Shown here one piece after another: positions 11,022 through 22,528 of a stretch of DNA of 64,000 nt. The DNA is from Negaprion brevirostris (Eukaryota). The notes under the pieces are model-generated. The model had not been told where the DNA came from, made no database searches, and was given only the letters and a program-made list of their open reading frames with translations. Positions within the stretch are counted from its first letter, which is position 1, and every line of letters begins with the position of its first letter. The translations under genes and the position numbers were made by a program. The DNA lies in contig JARDVH010000194.1 of assembly GCA_030324005.1 (NCBI GenBank), positions 6,021,915-6,085,914 on the forward strand, read 5' to 3'.

Positions 11022-11446
11022 AACTGGAAGAGGGGATGGAGCAAATCTGCCTGTCTGCAATGGCCAACTACGCTGTGTTGCTGCAGGTTCCGATGGTTAG
11101 ACTGAGAGTCCATGCCACTGAATTCAGGAAGATAACCTTACTTTCAATCTGATTGCACAACTTATCCCCAACAACAAAGTTTAAAAGCGTTCGTCTCGCA
11201 AATATCTCAGGGAGCAATGATTTCTACCCATTCATTAATGCATTATTTTCATCTTTGTTTCAATAAACATCCGCATTTTGTATCATCAGCGCTTTGTAGC
11301 CTGTCACTCCTTTTTTTTCTCTTTGTTCTTTGCATGTGACATTTCCAATTCAGATACAAAAGAGGAAATCTCCCTGATACTGATTCCGACAGAACTGGTG
11401 CAGACCAGGAAGTAACACAGGATTGTTGAACAGCAATAATTCTACG

Positions 11447-11518
11447 TTTTTTGAGCGGGAATCGAACCCAGGCCGCAGCACTGAGTGCGCCAAATCCTAA
11501 CCACTAGACCACCAGGAA
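11447..11518 (-). pseudogene. tRNA-Glu(CTC) pseudogene
   Basis: Reverse strand TTCCTGGTGGTCTAGTGGTTAGGATTTGGCGCACTCAGTGCTGCGGCCTGGGTTCGATTCCCGCTCAAAAAA; A and B boxes intact, acceptor 3' strand mismatched. Confidence 0.8.
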
Positions 11519-12807
11519 AGCTGGCGAAAATTTTATAAAATATTAATTTATCCAGGAGCCACCTGCCTTTTGTTTCGTTTCTTTCTTTTTATTCACCAAA
11601 TACAAGTTTATCCTCCTCATTGTCATGTTTATATCACACACAAGTGTTATAAACTTACGTCCACAGCGATGAAAGTGCCGAATCCAAACCGCTGGTCCAA
11701 CAGGGAAGCTGACAGTGACTTTCCCAACCAGCGGATCATCGTCATTTTAGCCATTCCCTTCCCTCCCTTCCGTCACCCAATAGGCAGGTTTCTCATTAAA
11801 AAAACATACTCTGCTTGTACATACACTTGACACCTGTCATCAAGCCCATGGTGGTGAAAACGATGACTTTGCGCCATTGGAACACCCGGGTTCCGCCATC
11901 ACCAGCTCAGTGTTNNNNNNNNNNNNNNNNNNNNNNNNNNNNNNNNNNNNNNNNNNNNNNNNNNNNNNNNNNNNNNNNNNNNNNNNNNNNNNNNNNNNNN
12001 NNNNNNNNNNNNNNNNNNNNNNNNNNNNNNNNNNNNNNNNNNNNNNNNNNNNNNNNNNNNNNNNNNNNNNNNNNNNNNNNNNNNNNNNNNNNNNNNNNNN
12101 NNNNNNNNNNNNNNNNNNNNNNNNNNNNNNNNNNNNNNNNNNNNNNNNNNNNNNNNNNNNNNNNNNNNNNNNNNNNNNNNNNNNNNNNNNNNNNNNNNNN
12201 NNNNNNNNNNNNNNNNNNNNNNNNNNNNNNNNNNNNNNNNNNNNNNNNNNNNNNNNNNNNNNNNNNNNNNNNNNNNNNNNNNNNNNNNNNNNNNNNNNNN
12301 NNNNNNNNNNNNNNNNNNNNNNNNNNNNNNNNNNNNNNNNNNNNNNNNNNNNNNNNNNNNNNNNNNNNNNNNNNNNNNNNNNNNNNNNNNNNNNNNNNNN
12401 NNNNNNNNNNNNNNNNNNNNNNNNNNNNNNNNNNNNNNNNNNNNNNNNNNNNNNNNNNNNNNNNNNNNNNNNNNNNNNNNNNNNNNNNNNNNNNNNNNNN
12501 NNNNNNNNNNNNNNNNNNNNNNNNNNNNNNNNNNNNNTTACATAATACTTATTAATATTTACCTGAATTGATCAATTTTAATACGCATTAATTTATATGT
12601 ATTCATTTTGAAACACAAATGACCGAACACAATTTTACTCACAGGAGAGGGCCATGAGATACGTGTTCATCTTATGTTGATTTTTCCATCTATTTTCTGT
12701 TCCAGTGCAGAATTTTTAATTTAATCTTCATTTCCATATTTTAACAAAAAGAACTCTGAAACCATCATATTTAAAACGTATATATGTATTTATTTAAAAA
12801 AGGCAGG

Positions 12808-12808
<1 letters not shown>

Positions 12809-12865
<57 letters not shown>

Positions 12866-12882
12866 AATTGCGCCACGGAGAC
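12809..12882 (-). tRNA. trnan-guu: tRNA-Asn(GTT), intact
   Basis: Reverse strand GTCTCCGTGGCGCAATTGGTTAGCGCGTTCGGCTGTTAACCGAAAGGTTGGTGGTTCAAGCCCACCCGGGGACG; all stems pair (C6-G67 compensatory pair), T6 Pol III terminator 7 nt downstream. Confidence 0.96.
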
Positions 12883-13171
12883 TAGCGTTAAGTTATGATA
12901 GTTGTCTCTATCATAATTCTATCAGTGTATAGCATGAAACAAAATAATTTCAATTCATTGAAACCCTTTTACAATTACCTAATTGAAGCTTGTCCACTGA
13001 TAGAAATTAAACTTGACTTCCAAAGTTGAGTAAATAGTAAATATAGTATCATAGACCGCTCGATCTCATTCNNNNNNNNNNNNNNNNNNNNNNNNNNNNN
13101 NNNNNNNNNNNNNNNNNNNNNNNNNNNNNNNNNNNNNNNNNNNNNNNNNNNNNNNNNNNNNNNNNNNNNNN

Positions 13172-13480
13172 CAGACATGGTGGAATTGGTAGGACCATCA
13201 GGGGCAAAATGCGCGACAGACAGTGCTACTGCCCTCATGGGAAAGGTTAGGTAGACCAAGGTCATGACTCCATGTCCAATTTGCAGACCCATCAATGGGG
13301 CCATGTTTTTGTTGATAATAGATGCCCACTCCAAATGACTAAGCGTCTATAAACTAAACTTGGAAAACAGAAAGGCAACCACGGAAAACGCACTCCTTGT
13401 TCGCAACNNNNNNNNNNCACTTGATCCCAGAGGGATTAGTGTCCGTTAATCTTTCAGCGTTCACCAGCTTAAAGTCAACA
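13172..13480 (+). mobile_element. Gypsy-type LTR retrotransposon integrase relic
   Basis: Frame-broken WERLGRPRS*LHVQFADP..GAMFLLIIDAHSK*LSV matches the Gypsy integrase motif W.RLHVDFAGP..MFL.IVDAHSKW. Confidence 0.7.
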
Positions 13481-13499
13481 ACATTTACAAAAACTTGAC

Positions 13500-14010
13500 A
13501 GTGAAGAATCGTATCTAGGATTGCAACGGGATTTTGATTAATTTGGCCAGTGGGATGATGAGTAGGAGATGCAGTTGAATGCAGATAAACACGGGGTGGT
13601 GCATGTTGATAGATCCAACCAGAGTAGGGCGTATTCAGTTAATGGAGGATCATTGTGGAGAATTATAGAACAAAATTTCCTGATGGTGCAGGATCATTCC
13701 TCCTTAATTGCGGTATCACAGGTGAGAGGATGGGGAAGAATGGATTCAGCCTGCTTGGTTTCATTGGACAAATCTTTGAATACAGGAGCTTGGACATCTT
13801 CTTGAAGTTGTATGAGAAATTGGTAAGGCCACACTTGGAATACTGTGTACAGTGCTGGCCATCCATTATAGATGTTATTAAGCTAGAACGAATGCAGACA
13901 GGATTTACCAGGATGCTACCAGGGACTTGATGGATTGAGTAACAAGGACGGGCTTGATGAACAAGGACATTTTCCCTCTGGAGCGTAGGAGGCTGAGGGT
14001 TGATCTTATA
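13500..14010 (+). mobile_element. CR1 LINE RT C-terminal fragment
   Basis: MQLNADKHGVVH; LKLYEKLVRPHLEYCVQCWP...IKLERMQTGFTRMLPG; FPLERRRLRVDLI. Confidence 0.85.
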
Positions 14011-14674
14011 NNNNNNNNNNNNNNNNNNNNNNNNNNNNNNNNNNNNNNNNNNNNNNNNNNNNNNNNNNNNNNNNNNNNNNNNNNNNNNNNNNNNNNNNNN
14101 NNNNNNNNNNCCTATAGACGACACCCACCAGCGTCTTCCTCCCTTTGCTGTTCCTAATCTCCACCCACAACGATTCCACTTTCTGCTTTTTGGGCGTGAA
14201 ACATTCAGGCTCATAAATTCCGGCCCGTTACAGGAAAGTCCAGTAGATTCGCGCTGAGTCTCGATTCCCTCGTCTGTCTGAGGGGCTTTTCCTGTTTCTT
14301 AGTGATGAAAAATAGTTGAAAAAAAATTCTTCTGTTAAGTGTGTGCCTTTCCTCAAGTTCACTTAAAGTATCACTTGTATCTGTCTTTTTGAGCACACGC
14401 TACTATCAGATATTTCAGATGGTGATTAATCATATTAGTCTGCACCTGTAAACCCATCTGTTGGAGACTGAACGTGATGTGAATAACTGCTCGGCTCCAA
14501 AAGCGAACTTCCCTCTCACTGCGTCAAAACATGTGTTTCTTATTTCACAGAAAACATTTGAGGGTGAAGTCAGATCAATGATAACATGTCTTTAAACATC
14601 GAGATTCGGGTAGTGTTGAACAACAACTGAAATCAAACAGTTTTCCCTTACCTAACATGACAAAGCTTAACGAA

Positions 14675-14747
14675 TATTTCTACCCGGTTTCGAACTGGGA
14701 ACTTTTCGCGTGTGAGGCAAACGTGATAATCACTACACTACCGAAAC
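14675..14747 (-). pseudogene. tRNA-Val(CAC), probably pseudogene
   Basis: Reverse strand GTTTCGGTAGTGTAGTGATTATCACGTTTGCCTCACACGCGAAAAGTTCCCAGTTCGAAACCGGGTAGAAATA; full length, with mismatches in the acceptor and T stems. Confidence 0.8.
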
Positions 14748-15348
14748 ATTTAGAAATTCACTCTCGCAAAATCGAACTTTTGTGTCAGTGCGTCAAAAAA
14801 AAAAGTTTCTGATTTCACACAAAGTGTTTGAGGGTGAACTCAAAGCAATGATAACATGTCTTTAACATCGAGGTCCGTATAATGTTGAGCAACAAACTGA
14901 CATCAAACAATTTTTTCCTTTCCGACATGAGAAAGCTTAATGAATGCTTCTGCCCGGTTTAGAAACGAAGAACTATCTCCAACATCAAAATTTAAAAGCG
15001 ATCGTCTCCCAAATATCTGAGGGAGCAATGATATCTGCCCATTCATTAACGGATTATTCTTATCTTCCTTTGAATAGTCTCAATCAATTGTGCTCAGTAC
15101 TGAAAGCAAATTACTGCGGATGCTGGAATAGGGGTTTGAACCAGGAAACTTAGGAATGTTCAGAAATAGAGGAAGTTTTTTTCTTAAAAAAGTGGAATCC
15201 AAGGAGGAAATATAACAACACCTGGCAGCGTAGAAGTTGCAATAGGTATTTCTACTGTTGCAGTTTGCGTGAACTGATGTTTGAAGACACTGTGAAACAA
15301 AGTGCGGTGCTAATTAGTAGATAACACAGAAAACCAGCAATGGGATCC

Positions 15349-15421
15349 TACCAAAACCCGGAATTGAACCAGGAACTTTAAGGTCGTCAGTTTAACGCTT
15401 TCTCAACTGAGCTATTTCGGC
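15349..15421 (-). pseudogene. tRNA-Phe-derived pseudogene (anticodon mutated to GAC)
   Basis: Reverse strand GCCGAAATAGCTCAGTTGAGAAAGCGTTAAACTGACGACCTTAAAGTTCCTGGTTCAATTCCGGGTTTTGGTA; paralogous position to 8175-8247. Confidence 0.8.
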
Positions 15422-16238
15422 TGTTTGGGAGGTTAGAAGATTCCGCCTCCCAAATATCTAAGAGAACAATGATTTCTCCACATTCGATAATGCATCATTT
15501 CAATTGTAGTCAGTACTTGTTTCAATATTTAGTATCAATGCATTATTTAACACATATGTCCCCATTGTGAACTGGATATTTCTGAACATGAATGTCACTG
15601 AATTGCAAACGTAACTGACCAACAAAATGAATGGAGTCACCGGGTAATACAGATCGCAATTTTAAGATTGAACATAGTTGTTTTAAAGAAGTCAACTAGA
15701 TCGAAATATATATCTGTTAGTGATCCTTGAGCCGTTTTATTATGTGTGTGAAACATTCAGGCGCATAAATTGCGGCCCATTACGGGAAAGTCCATTAGAT
15801 CCGCACTGAGTCTCGATCCCCTCATCTGTCTGAGTGGCTTTTCCTGTTTCTCTGTGATGAAAAACGATTTTAAAACAAAGATTTTTCTGTGAAATGTGCA
15901 CCATTTCCTCTAGTTCATTTACAGTATCACTTGTATCTATTTTTTTGAGCACACACTGCTATCAGATGTTTCAGATGCTGATAAACCATATTAATCTGCA
16001 CCTATAAACCCATTCAATTCTGTTGTAGACTGAGCGAGATGTGAATATCTGCTCGGTGTCAAAATCGAACTTTCCTGTCAGTCCGTCAAAAAAAAACTTC
16101 TCTTATTTCACAGGAACTATTTGAGGGTGATGTCAGAGCAATGATATCATGTCTTTAACATCCAGGTTCAGATAATGTCGAGCAACAAACTAAAATCTAA
16201 CAATTTTTCCCTTACACGACATAAGAAAGTTTAATGAA

Positions 16239-16311
16239 TACTTCTGCCCGGTTTCGGGCCGGGGACTTTTCGTCTATGAAGCGAACATGATAACCACTAC
16301 ACTACAGAAAC
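16239..16311 (-). pseudogene. tRNA-Val-derived pseudogene (anticodon CAT)
   Basis: Reverse strand GTTTCTGTAGTGTAGTGGTTATCATGTTCGCTTCATAGACGAAAAGTCCCCGGCCCGAAACCGGGCAGAAGTA; B-box mutated as in the 7518 copy. Confidence 0.75.
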
Positions 16312-16919
16312 AGCTCGAATCAAAGTAAAGCAAATCAGCCTGTCTGCAGTGTTCAACTAGGCTGTGTTGCTGCAGGTTCCGATGGTTAGACTGAGAGCCC
16401 CTGTCCCTGAATTCAGGAAGATAACCATTGACAACTTTCAATCTGATCGTACAACTTATCCTCAACAGCAAAATTTAAAAGCGTTCGCCTGGCAAATATC
16501 TAAGGGAGCAATGATTTCTGCCCATTTATTACTTCATCATTCTCACCTTCCTTCGAATAATCTCAATCAGTTATACTCAGTAATAAAAACAAATTACTGC
16601 GGATGCTGGAATCGGAAACGAAAATGGAAAACTCTGGCAAGTCTCACAAGGACTGTGAAGAAAGCAGAGCTCTGACAAGTTGATGCTGTTCAGTAGATTT
16701 ACTGCAGTAAGGTTTATGTCAGTTCGATAAAAACCTTACTATTTGAATGTGGTCACTTACAGAGAAATTTAATGCAGTGGAAGGTAGCCTACTTATTTTT
16801 ACAGGAGGAACCAGCAACGGCTTTATAAATATGAATTGTGCAACGGGACTGAAATGTCTCCCTGCTGTTGACATGGTACAAATATTTATCAACGATTTTC
16901 AATTTCCTACTATGTGTTG

Positions 16920-16991
16920 GGTTCTGTGGTGTAATGGTGAGCACTATGAACTTTGAATCCAGCGATCCGCGTTCAAATCTTGGCGGAACCT
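16920..16991 (+). pseudogene. tRNA-Gln(TTG), probably pseudogene
   Basis: GGTTCTGTGGTGTAATGGTGAGCACTATGAACTTTGAATCCAGCGATCCGCGTTCAAATCTTGGCGGAACCT; anticodon and T stems mismatched. Confidence 0.8.
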
Positions 16992-17502
16992 TGCTTTCAT
17001 TTGCAAATGCTGATTGCCTGAAGACTGTTTCGCTTAAATTTCACACCAAGTGCTAATCCAGAGAATTTCTCAACCAGTTCAACTGTTGTTAGAATTCGAC
17101 TTGCTGAGTCTCTGGCGCCAGATGCCTGAAAATCTGTGTTTTTCATCTTTCCGCCGTTCTTTTCCTTCTTTGTTGAAAGAAAGAATCAGTTGGTGTCACA
17201 CAATAACCATTCTACTGGAGTCCGGCAATTACTGAGCATGTGTGTGTGTGTGTGGTGGGCGGGTGGGGGTGATGATTGTTGTCCTTCAGAGTGCTGTTGA
17301 TTCCATGGGTGACCGTTCGCACTTGAGCAATTGTCCCCTGGGGTTGATGCAATGACGCCAGGAGAGTCATTCACTGCATCGTCTGCAATGTGATTGTGGA
17401 GGAATTTGCTGAAATTTCCTCAGTGTTTAGATTTCCACTTTCTGAGAATTTAAAATTAAACTCCCTTCAGCAAACCCATAATACGTTTTGCAATAAAAGA
17501 AC

Positions 17503-17575
17503 AATCTTTCGCTAAGTTCTGAACTCCGAGTAATGTATTTGGAGTCCGGAGAGCTCACCATCACACCATACAAAC
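17503..17575 (-). pseudogene. tRNA-Gln relic
   Basis: Reverse strand ...tatggtgtgatggtgagctctccggactcc...ggagttcag..., at the same cassette position as the 2943 and 3990 copies. Confidence 0.55.
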
Positions 17576-17997
17576 AGGAACAGAACCACCAAATGCAAAT
17601 AGTCACGAAAAGCACGTGACTTTTTTCATTCAATGTGGCAGCAACAACAAGTAGATCAAATGCTTTGAGTGATCATTTGCAGACACCTCGTTATTTTTAA
17701 ACTCCAGTCTGCCGGCAAGGAAGACCAAAATGTAATTTCCCTTCCAATTATCTGCTGCACCTATATGCTAACTTTAAGCATTCCTTCTACAAACGCATCT
17801 ATTCTATTCTGAATATCAACATTTATATTTTCCAGCTCGTCAAATAAGTTCTGGTTATTCTATTTTTTTCACGAAGAATTTTTTTTGCTTTTAAAAATTG
17901 CACCTGATCTGCCCTTGCACTCATAAGAACACTCCACTTCGCCTCCCACTCTGTCTGCCTTTTTCCCTACAACTGACTTTAGCTAAATATTGGATGG

Positions 17998-18070
17998 AGT
18001 TTCCCACCAGAATTGAACTCACAATCACTGGTTTACAAGATCAGCGCTCTCACCTCTGAGCTATGAAGCC
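17998..18070 (-). pseudogene. tRNA-Thr(TGT), probably pseudogene
   Basis: Reverse strand GGCTTCATAGCTCAGAGGTGAGAGCGCTGATCTTGTAAACCAGTGATTGTGAGTTCAATTCTGGTGGGAAACT; acceptor and T stems mismatched. Confidence 0.75.
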
Positions 18071-18334
18071 AAATGCTGCCATCTGTGCCCGGTACGAGTT
18101 CCATTATCAGTGGATTGAGGAGCAGGATGGGGTTTGAGATGGGGGATTTTTGATGAATGTGGAAATTTCTAAGGTGGAGAGCAGAAAGTTAAAAGACGCA
18201 ACTTGAAAGTGACATGATCTGACATGCGTGTTGTGTGCGTAGTTGACATGTATGTTGAGTATCTGACATGTATGCTCTTCAGAGTTTACAAAAATCCATA
18301 TATACAACATCAACTGCTCTACCTTCAGCTACAC

Positions 18335-18625
18335 TCTTAGTTTCCTTCTCAAAGAATTCAATGAAATTTGTGAGACAAGACTTACCCCTCACGAATCCAT
18401 GCTGACTATTCCAGATTAATCTTCACCATTCCAAATGGTCGTAAATCCTATTCATTAACTTACTGACCACCTAAATAAGACTAACTGGCCTATAGTTACC
18501 AGGGTCATTCCTATTTCATTTCTTGAAGAGAGGAACATTCACCACTCTCCAGTCTTCTGACACAATCCCAGTGGACAGTGAGGACTCAAAGATCAAAGCT
18601 AAAGGCTCCACAATCTCATCCTCAT
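18335..18625 (-). mobile_element. CR1 LINE RT N-terminal fragment
   Basis: Minus strand: VSEDWRV..VPLFKK.NRNDPGNYRPVSL...SQHGFVRGKSCLTNFIEFFEKET. Confidence 0.85.
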
Positions 18626-19309
18626 TGTTCCTGTGGAGCAGAGTCGAGAGGCAGCGATTTTTGGGCGTGAGAGGAGGCAAAACAAGGTATATTTNNNNNN
18701 NNNNNNNNNNNNNNNNNNNNNNNNNNNNNNNNNNNNNNNNNNNNNNNNNNNNNNNNNNNNNNNNNNNNNNNNNNNNNNNNNNNNNNNNNNNNNNCAGATT
18801 TCCCTGTGAATCTTACTGACAGAGATATTAATGCCATTGCTTTACTGATTGTTCCCTTTCCATGGAAACAGGGAAATAATTTTTCCTCGAATATCTCCTC
18901 AAACCTGCTGCACTAACCTTGTGATTAAAGTGATACAACACCACCATCTGCTGGCGGACCACAGAGCCTGCAGGCGCCGGTGCTTGTGAGTCTGCGAACC
19001 GGTTACTGAAATATGAATATTGAACGATATTGTCAGAGATTGAAGTTCTTAGAAGGATCTCGGCTGGCGTATTCGCCCTTTTTATAAACAGACACCACAG
19101 ATAAACCGTGTTCTTCATTTCCTATTGGGAGATAATGTCTGGAGATTGAAGTTGGGATTATGTGAGACTTCAGATTGTACATTCGATGCAGTTATGAGAC
19201 GGTAATCAAATTCAGAATCTTAGTGGGTAAACATTTCTGTTCTCTGCAATTCGTTTGTCAGACATTTTCACGGTTTCGTCTTAAAAGGCACAAAGAATCA
19301 GACATTTAC

Positions 19310-19690
19310 AGGGATGGACACACACAAACACACACACACAAACACACACAGATCTCGGGGGTCATGCATATACAGGCACACACAGGTCTGAAGCACTCAA
19401 CGATGGAGGGGCACACACAAATACAGGAGCGCGCGCACACACACACACAGACACACACACACAGGAATTGGGGCCTACAGAGAAACAGGGGGGCATACAC
19501 AGGTTCAGGGACACATATAGATGCAGGGGCACATATGGATGCAGATACACCAAGATTCAGGCGCAGGCACATAGAGATACTGGTAATTCGAAAGATACAG
19601 GGGTAAACACAGAATCAGGGGTATACAAACAGTGAAACTGGGGCATACACTGATACAAGGGCACACACAGAATCAGAGGCATATACAATC
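19310..19690. repeat. Degenerate CA-rich minisatellite (gggcacacacagatacag-like units)
   Basis: Recurrent cagggg(c)acacaca(g)at units of about 18-20 bp. Confidence 0.75.
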
Positions 19691-20216
19691 CCTCAGCTTG
19701 TACACTGCCAAACTCTCTCTCGTAGTTCCAGAATCTTCAATGAGTTCACTTCTCATTATTTCAAACCTCAGAGAGAACAGCGTCATCGCATTAAATCCCC
19801 TTTCCAAGGACAACTGTGCCAATGAAACTTGGTCACACAGACAGCGTGAACTTAGAGGGAAATAAGAACAAACCAGGGAAATGAGATATAGGCACAGGGA
19901 GACTGAGTGTAAAAGACCGAGGTCGATACAGAGAAATAAATATAGACAGAAAATGGAGTAGTCATCCATATCACATGTATGAATAACATTACACATGAAA
20001 CCAGGGACCGGAATCCACAAGCACTGTGTCCTCTGTGAACTGTTGATTTGGGATGAAGGGAACGTCTACGAGCACATTCAACTTTTGAAAGCATCTTGAC
20101 TGAGTTGTGTTGTTGGATTCTCTGCATTATCAGGTTCTCAAACCAAACCGGGGGTGAACTCATTCTGCTATGTGCACGGTAGAGAAATGAACAAGACTTG
20201 GGCATGAATAACAATG

Positions 20217-20288
20217 GGGCTCATGCGGCATTTGAATCCAGGACCGCTCGCACCCGAAGCGCGAATCATACCACTAGACCAACGAGTC
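20217..20288 (-). pseudogene. tRNA-Pro(CGG), probably pseudogene
   Basis: Reverse strand GACTCGTTGGTCTAGTGGTATGATTCGCGCTTCGGGTGCGAGCGGTCCTGGATTCAAATGCCGCATGAGCCC; several stem mismatches. Confidence 0.8.
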
Positions 20289-20744
20289 ACTGGTACAGAT
20301 GCCGCCCAAATACAGGTACTTATATTGTCACCTTAATCTGATCAGACAGCTGCAGTGAAATTTGGAAGGGCTGGAAAAAAGTACTGAGGAAGCCAGGCAG
20401 CAAGTGTGCACAGGGAAAGGATTCACTTCTTACACCTCCATAACCTTTCATTTAAATGTTTACAGTTTGGAAAGGTAGGAAGTTTTAAACACGTGAAATC
20501 CAGGAGCCAGGCAACACAACAACAGGAAGGGCTCTGATAGCGAGCAATTCAGGAGAAATAAAGGCGAGTCCTGTGGGTCCCATGGCCTGAGCGTGAGGAA
20601 AGCAGAATATCACACAATGTTTTTACCACTGAATGAGACTATTAACAGGATCATTGAAGCAGTCCCGTGTGCTGTGGATGAACTGGATAGTGATTACACA
20701 GGAGCCGCAGTGATGAGGGAATCTGCATTTGCAAATTAAAGCAA

Positions 20745-20818
20745 AGGCTCACGCCGAGATTTGAACTTGGATCACTGGATTCAAAAGTCCAGAGTGCTCA
20801 CCATTACACCACGGAACC
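20745..20818 (-). pseudogene. tRNA-Gln(TTG) with 8-nt anticodon loop and acceptor bulge
   Basis: Reverse strand GGTTCCGTGGTGTAATGGTGAGCACTCTGGACTTTTGAATCCAGTGATCCAAGTTCAAATCTCGGCGTGAGCCT. Confidence 0.8.
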
Positions 20819-21394
20819 CAATACAAGGTCATGAGATGAAAATCGTCGATAAATATTTTTACCATATCAACAGCAGGGAGAAATTTCAGTCCCGTTGCAC
20901 AATTCATATCCTCCTGTAAAAATAAGTAGGCTACCTTCCACTGCATTAAATTTCACTGTAAGTGACCACATTAAAATAGTAATGTTTGTATCGAACTGAC
21001 ATAAACCTTACTGCAGTAAATCTACTGAACAACATCAGCTTGTCAGAGTTCTGCTTTCTTCACAGTCCTTGTGAGACTTGCCAGAATTTTCGGTTCCGAT
21101 TCCGGCATCCACAGTAATTTCCTTCTTTACTGAATACAATTGATTGAGATTATTCGAAGGAAGATGAGAATGATGAAATAATAAATGGGTAGAAATCATT
21201 GATCCCTTAGATATTTGTGAGACGAACGCTTTTAAATGTTGATGTTGGGGATAAGTTGTACAATCAGATTGAAAGTAACGGTTATCTTCCTGAATTCAGT
21301 GACATGGGCTCTCAGTCTAACCATCAGAACCTGCAGCAACACAGCCTAGTTGAACATTGCAGACAGGCTGATTTGCATTACTCGGGTTTGAGTT

Positions 21395-21468
21395 GTTTCT
21401 GTAGTGTTGTGGTTATCATGTTTGCCTCACATGCGAAAGGTCCCCGGTTCAAAAACCGGGTAGAAACA
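21395..21468 (+). tRNA. tRNA-Val(CAC), near-intact (extra A in T-loop; possibly pseudogene)
   Basis: GTTTCTGTAGTGTTGTGGTTATCATGTTTGCCTCACATGCGAAAGGTCCCCGGTTCAAAAACCGGGTAGAAACA. Confidence 0.65.
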
Positions 21469-22455
21469 TTCATCAAACTTTCTCATGTCGTGCAAGGGAA
21501 AAGCTGCTAGGTTTGAGTTTGTTGCTCAACATTATCTGAACCTCGATATCAAAGACATGTTTCCATTTCTCTGACATCACCCTCAAATGGGAAACGCTTT
21601 TTTTGACGCACTGACAGGAAAGTTCGCTTTTGAAGCCGAGAACATATTCCCATCTAGTTCTGTCTACAACAGAATTTAATGGGTTTCTAGGTGCAGACGA
21701 ATATGGTTAATCAGCATCTGAAATATCTGATAGTATTGTGTGCTCAAAAAGACAGATACAAGTGATACTGTAAGTGAACTAGGGGAAATGGCGCACATTT
21801 CATAGAAGAATTTTTGTTTTAAAATAGTTTTTCATCACTTAGAAACAGGAAAAGCCACTCAGACAGATGGGGGAATCGAGACTCAGTGCGGACCTACTGG
21901 ACTTTCCTGGAACGGGACGGAATTTATGCGCCTGAATGTTTCACACCCATAATAAAAAAGGCTCAAGGGTCACTAACAGATAATTCTTGATTTATGTCCA
22001 TTTAAATGCATTTGATTTTGTTTAAAAGCTGATAGTCAATATCAAAATTGTGATCTGTATTACCCGGTGATTCGATTGATTCTGCTGGTCAGTTATATTT
22101 TCAATTCAGTGATGTTCAAGTTCAGAAATTTTCAATTCATGATGAAGCCATATGTGTTAAATAATACATTGATACCGAATATTGAAACGAATGGTGGGTA
22201 CAATTGTGCGATGAGCTTTGATAAAGTGTCACCTGGACTCGAAACGTCCGCCCTTTTCACTCCTTACAGGTGCTGTCAGACATTGGGAGATTTTGGAACA
22301 TTTCCTCTTCTCCCATCCGCAGAAATTTGCTTTTATCACTGAGGATATTTGGTTGAGATTATTTGAAGAAAGGTGAGCATGATGCATTAACGAATAGGCA
22401 GAAATCATTGCTCTCTTAGTTATTTGGGAGACGGAAGCTAGTAGCTTACCAGACG

Positions 22456-22528
22456 GCCGAAGTAGCTCAGTTGGGAGAGCGTTAGATTAAAGGTCTAAAG
22501 GTTCCTGGTTCAATCCTAGGTTTCGGTA
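22456..22528 (+). pseudogene. tRNA-Phe-derived copy (anticodon AAA)
   Basis: GCCGAAGTAGCTCAGTTGGGAGAGCGTTAGATTAAAGGTCTAAAGGTTCCTGGTTCAATCCTAGGTTTCGGTA; T-stem mismatch. Confidence 0.8.

Larger units (their letters stand above)
14190..17660. repeat. Segmental copy B of the tRNA cassette (Val, truncated Val, Phe, Val, Gln, Gln)
   Basis: Colinear with 7346-9185 and, from ~16700, with 1990-3100. Val spacing 1564 bp (14675, 16239). Confidence 0.85.

Noticed and set aside
11815-12555. 246-aa and 222-aa ORFs
   Set aside because: They consist almost entirely of N gap.
19175-19606. 143-aa His/Thr/Gln-rich ORF
   Set aside because: Reads through the CA-rich minisatellite; no domain features.
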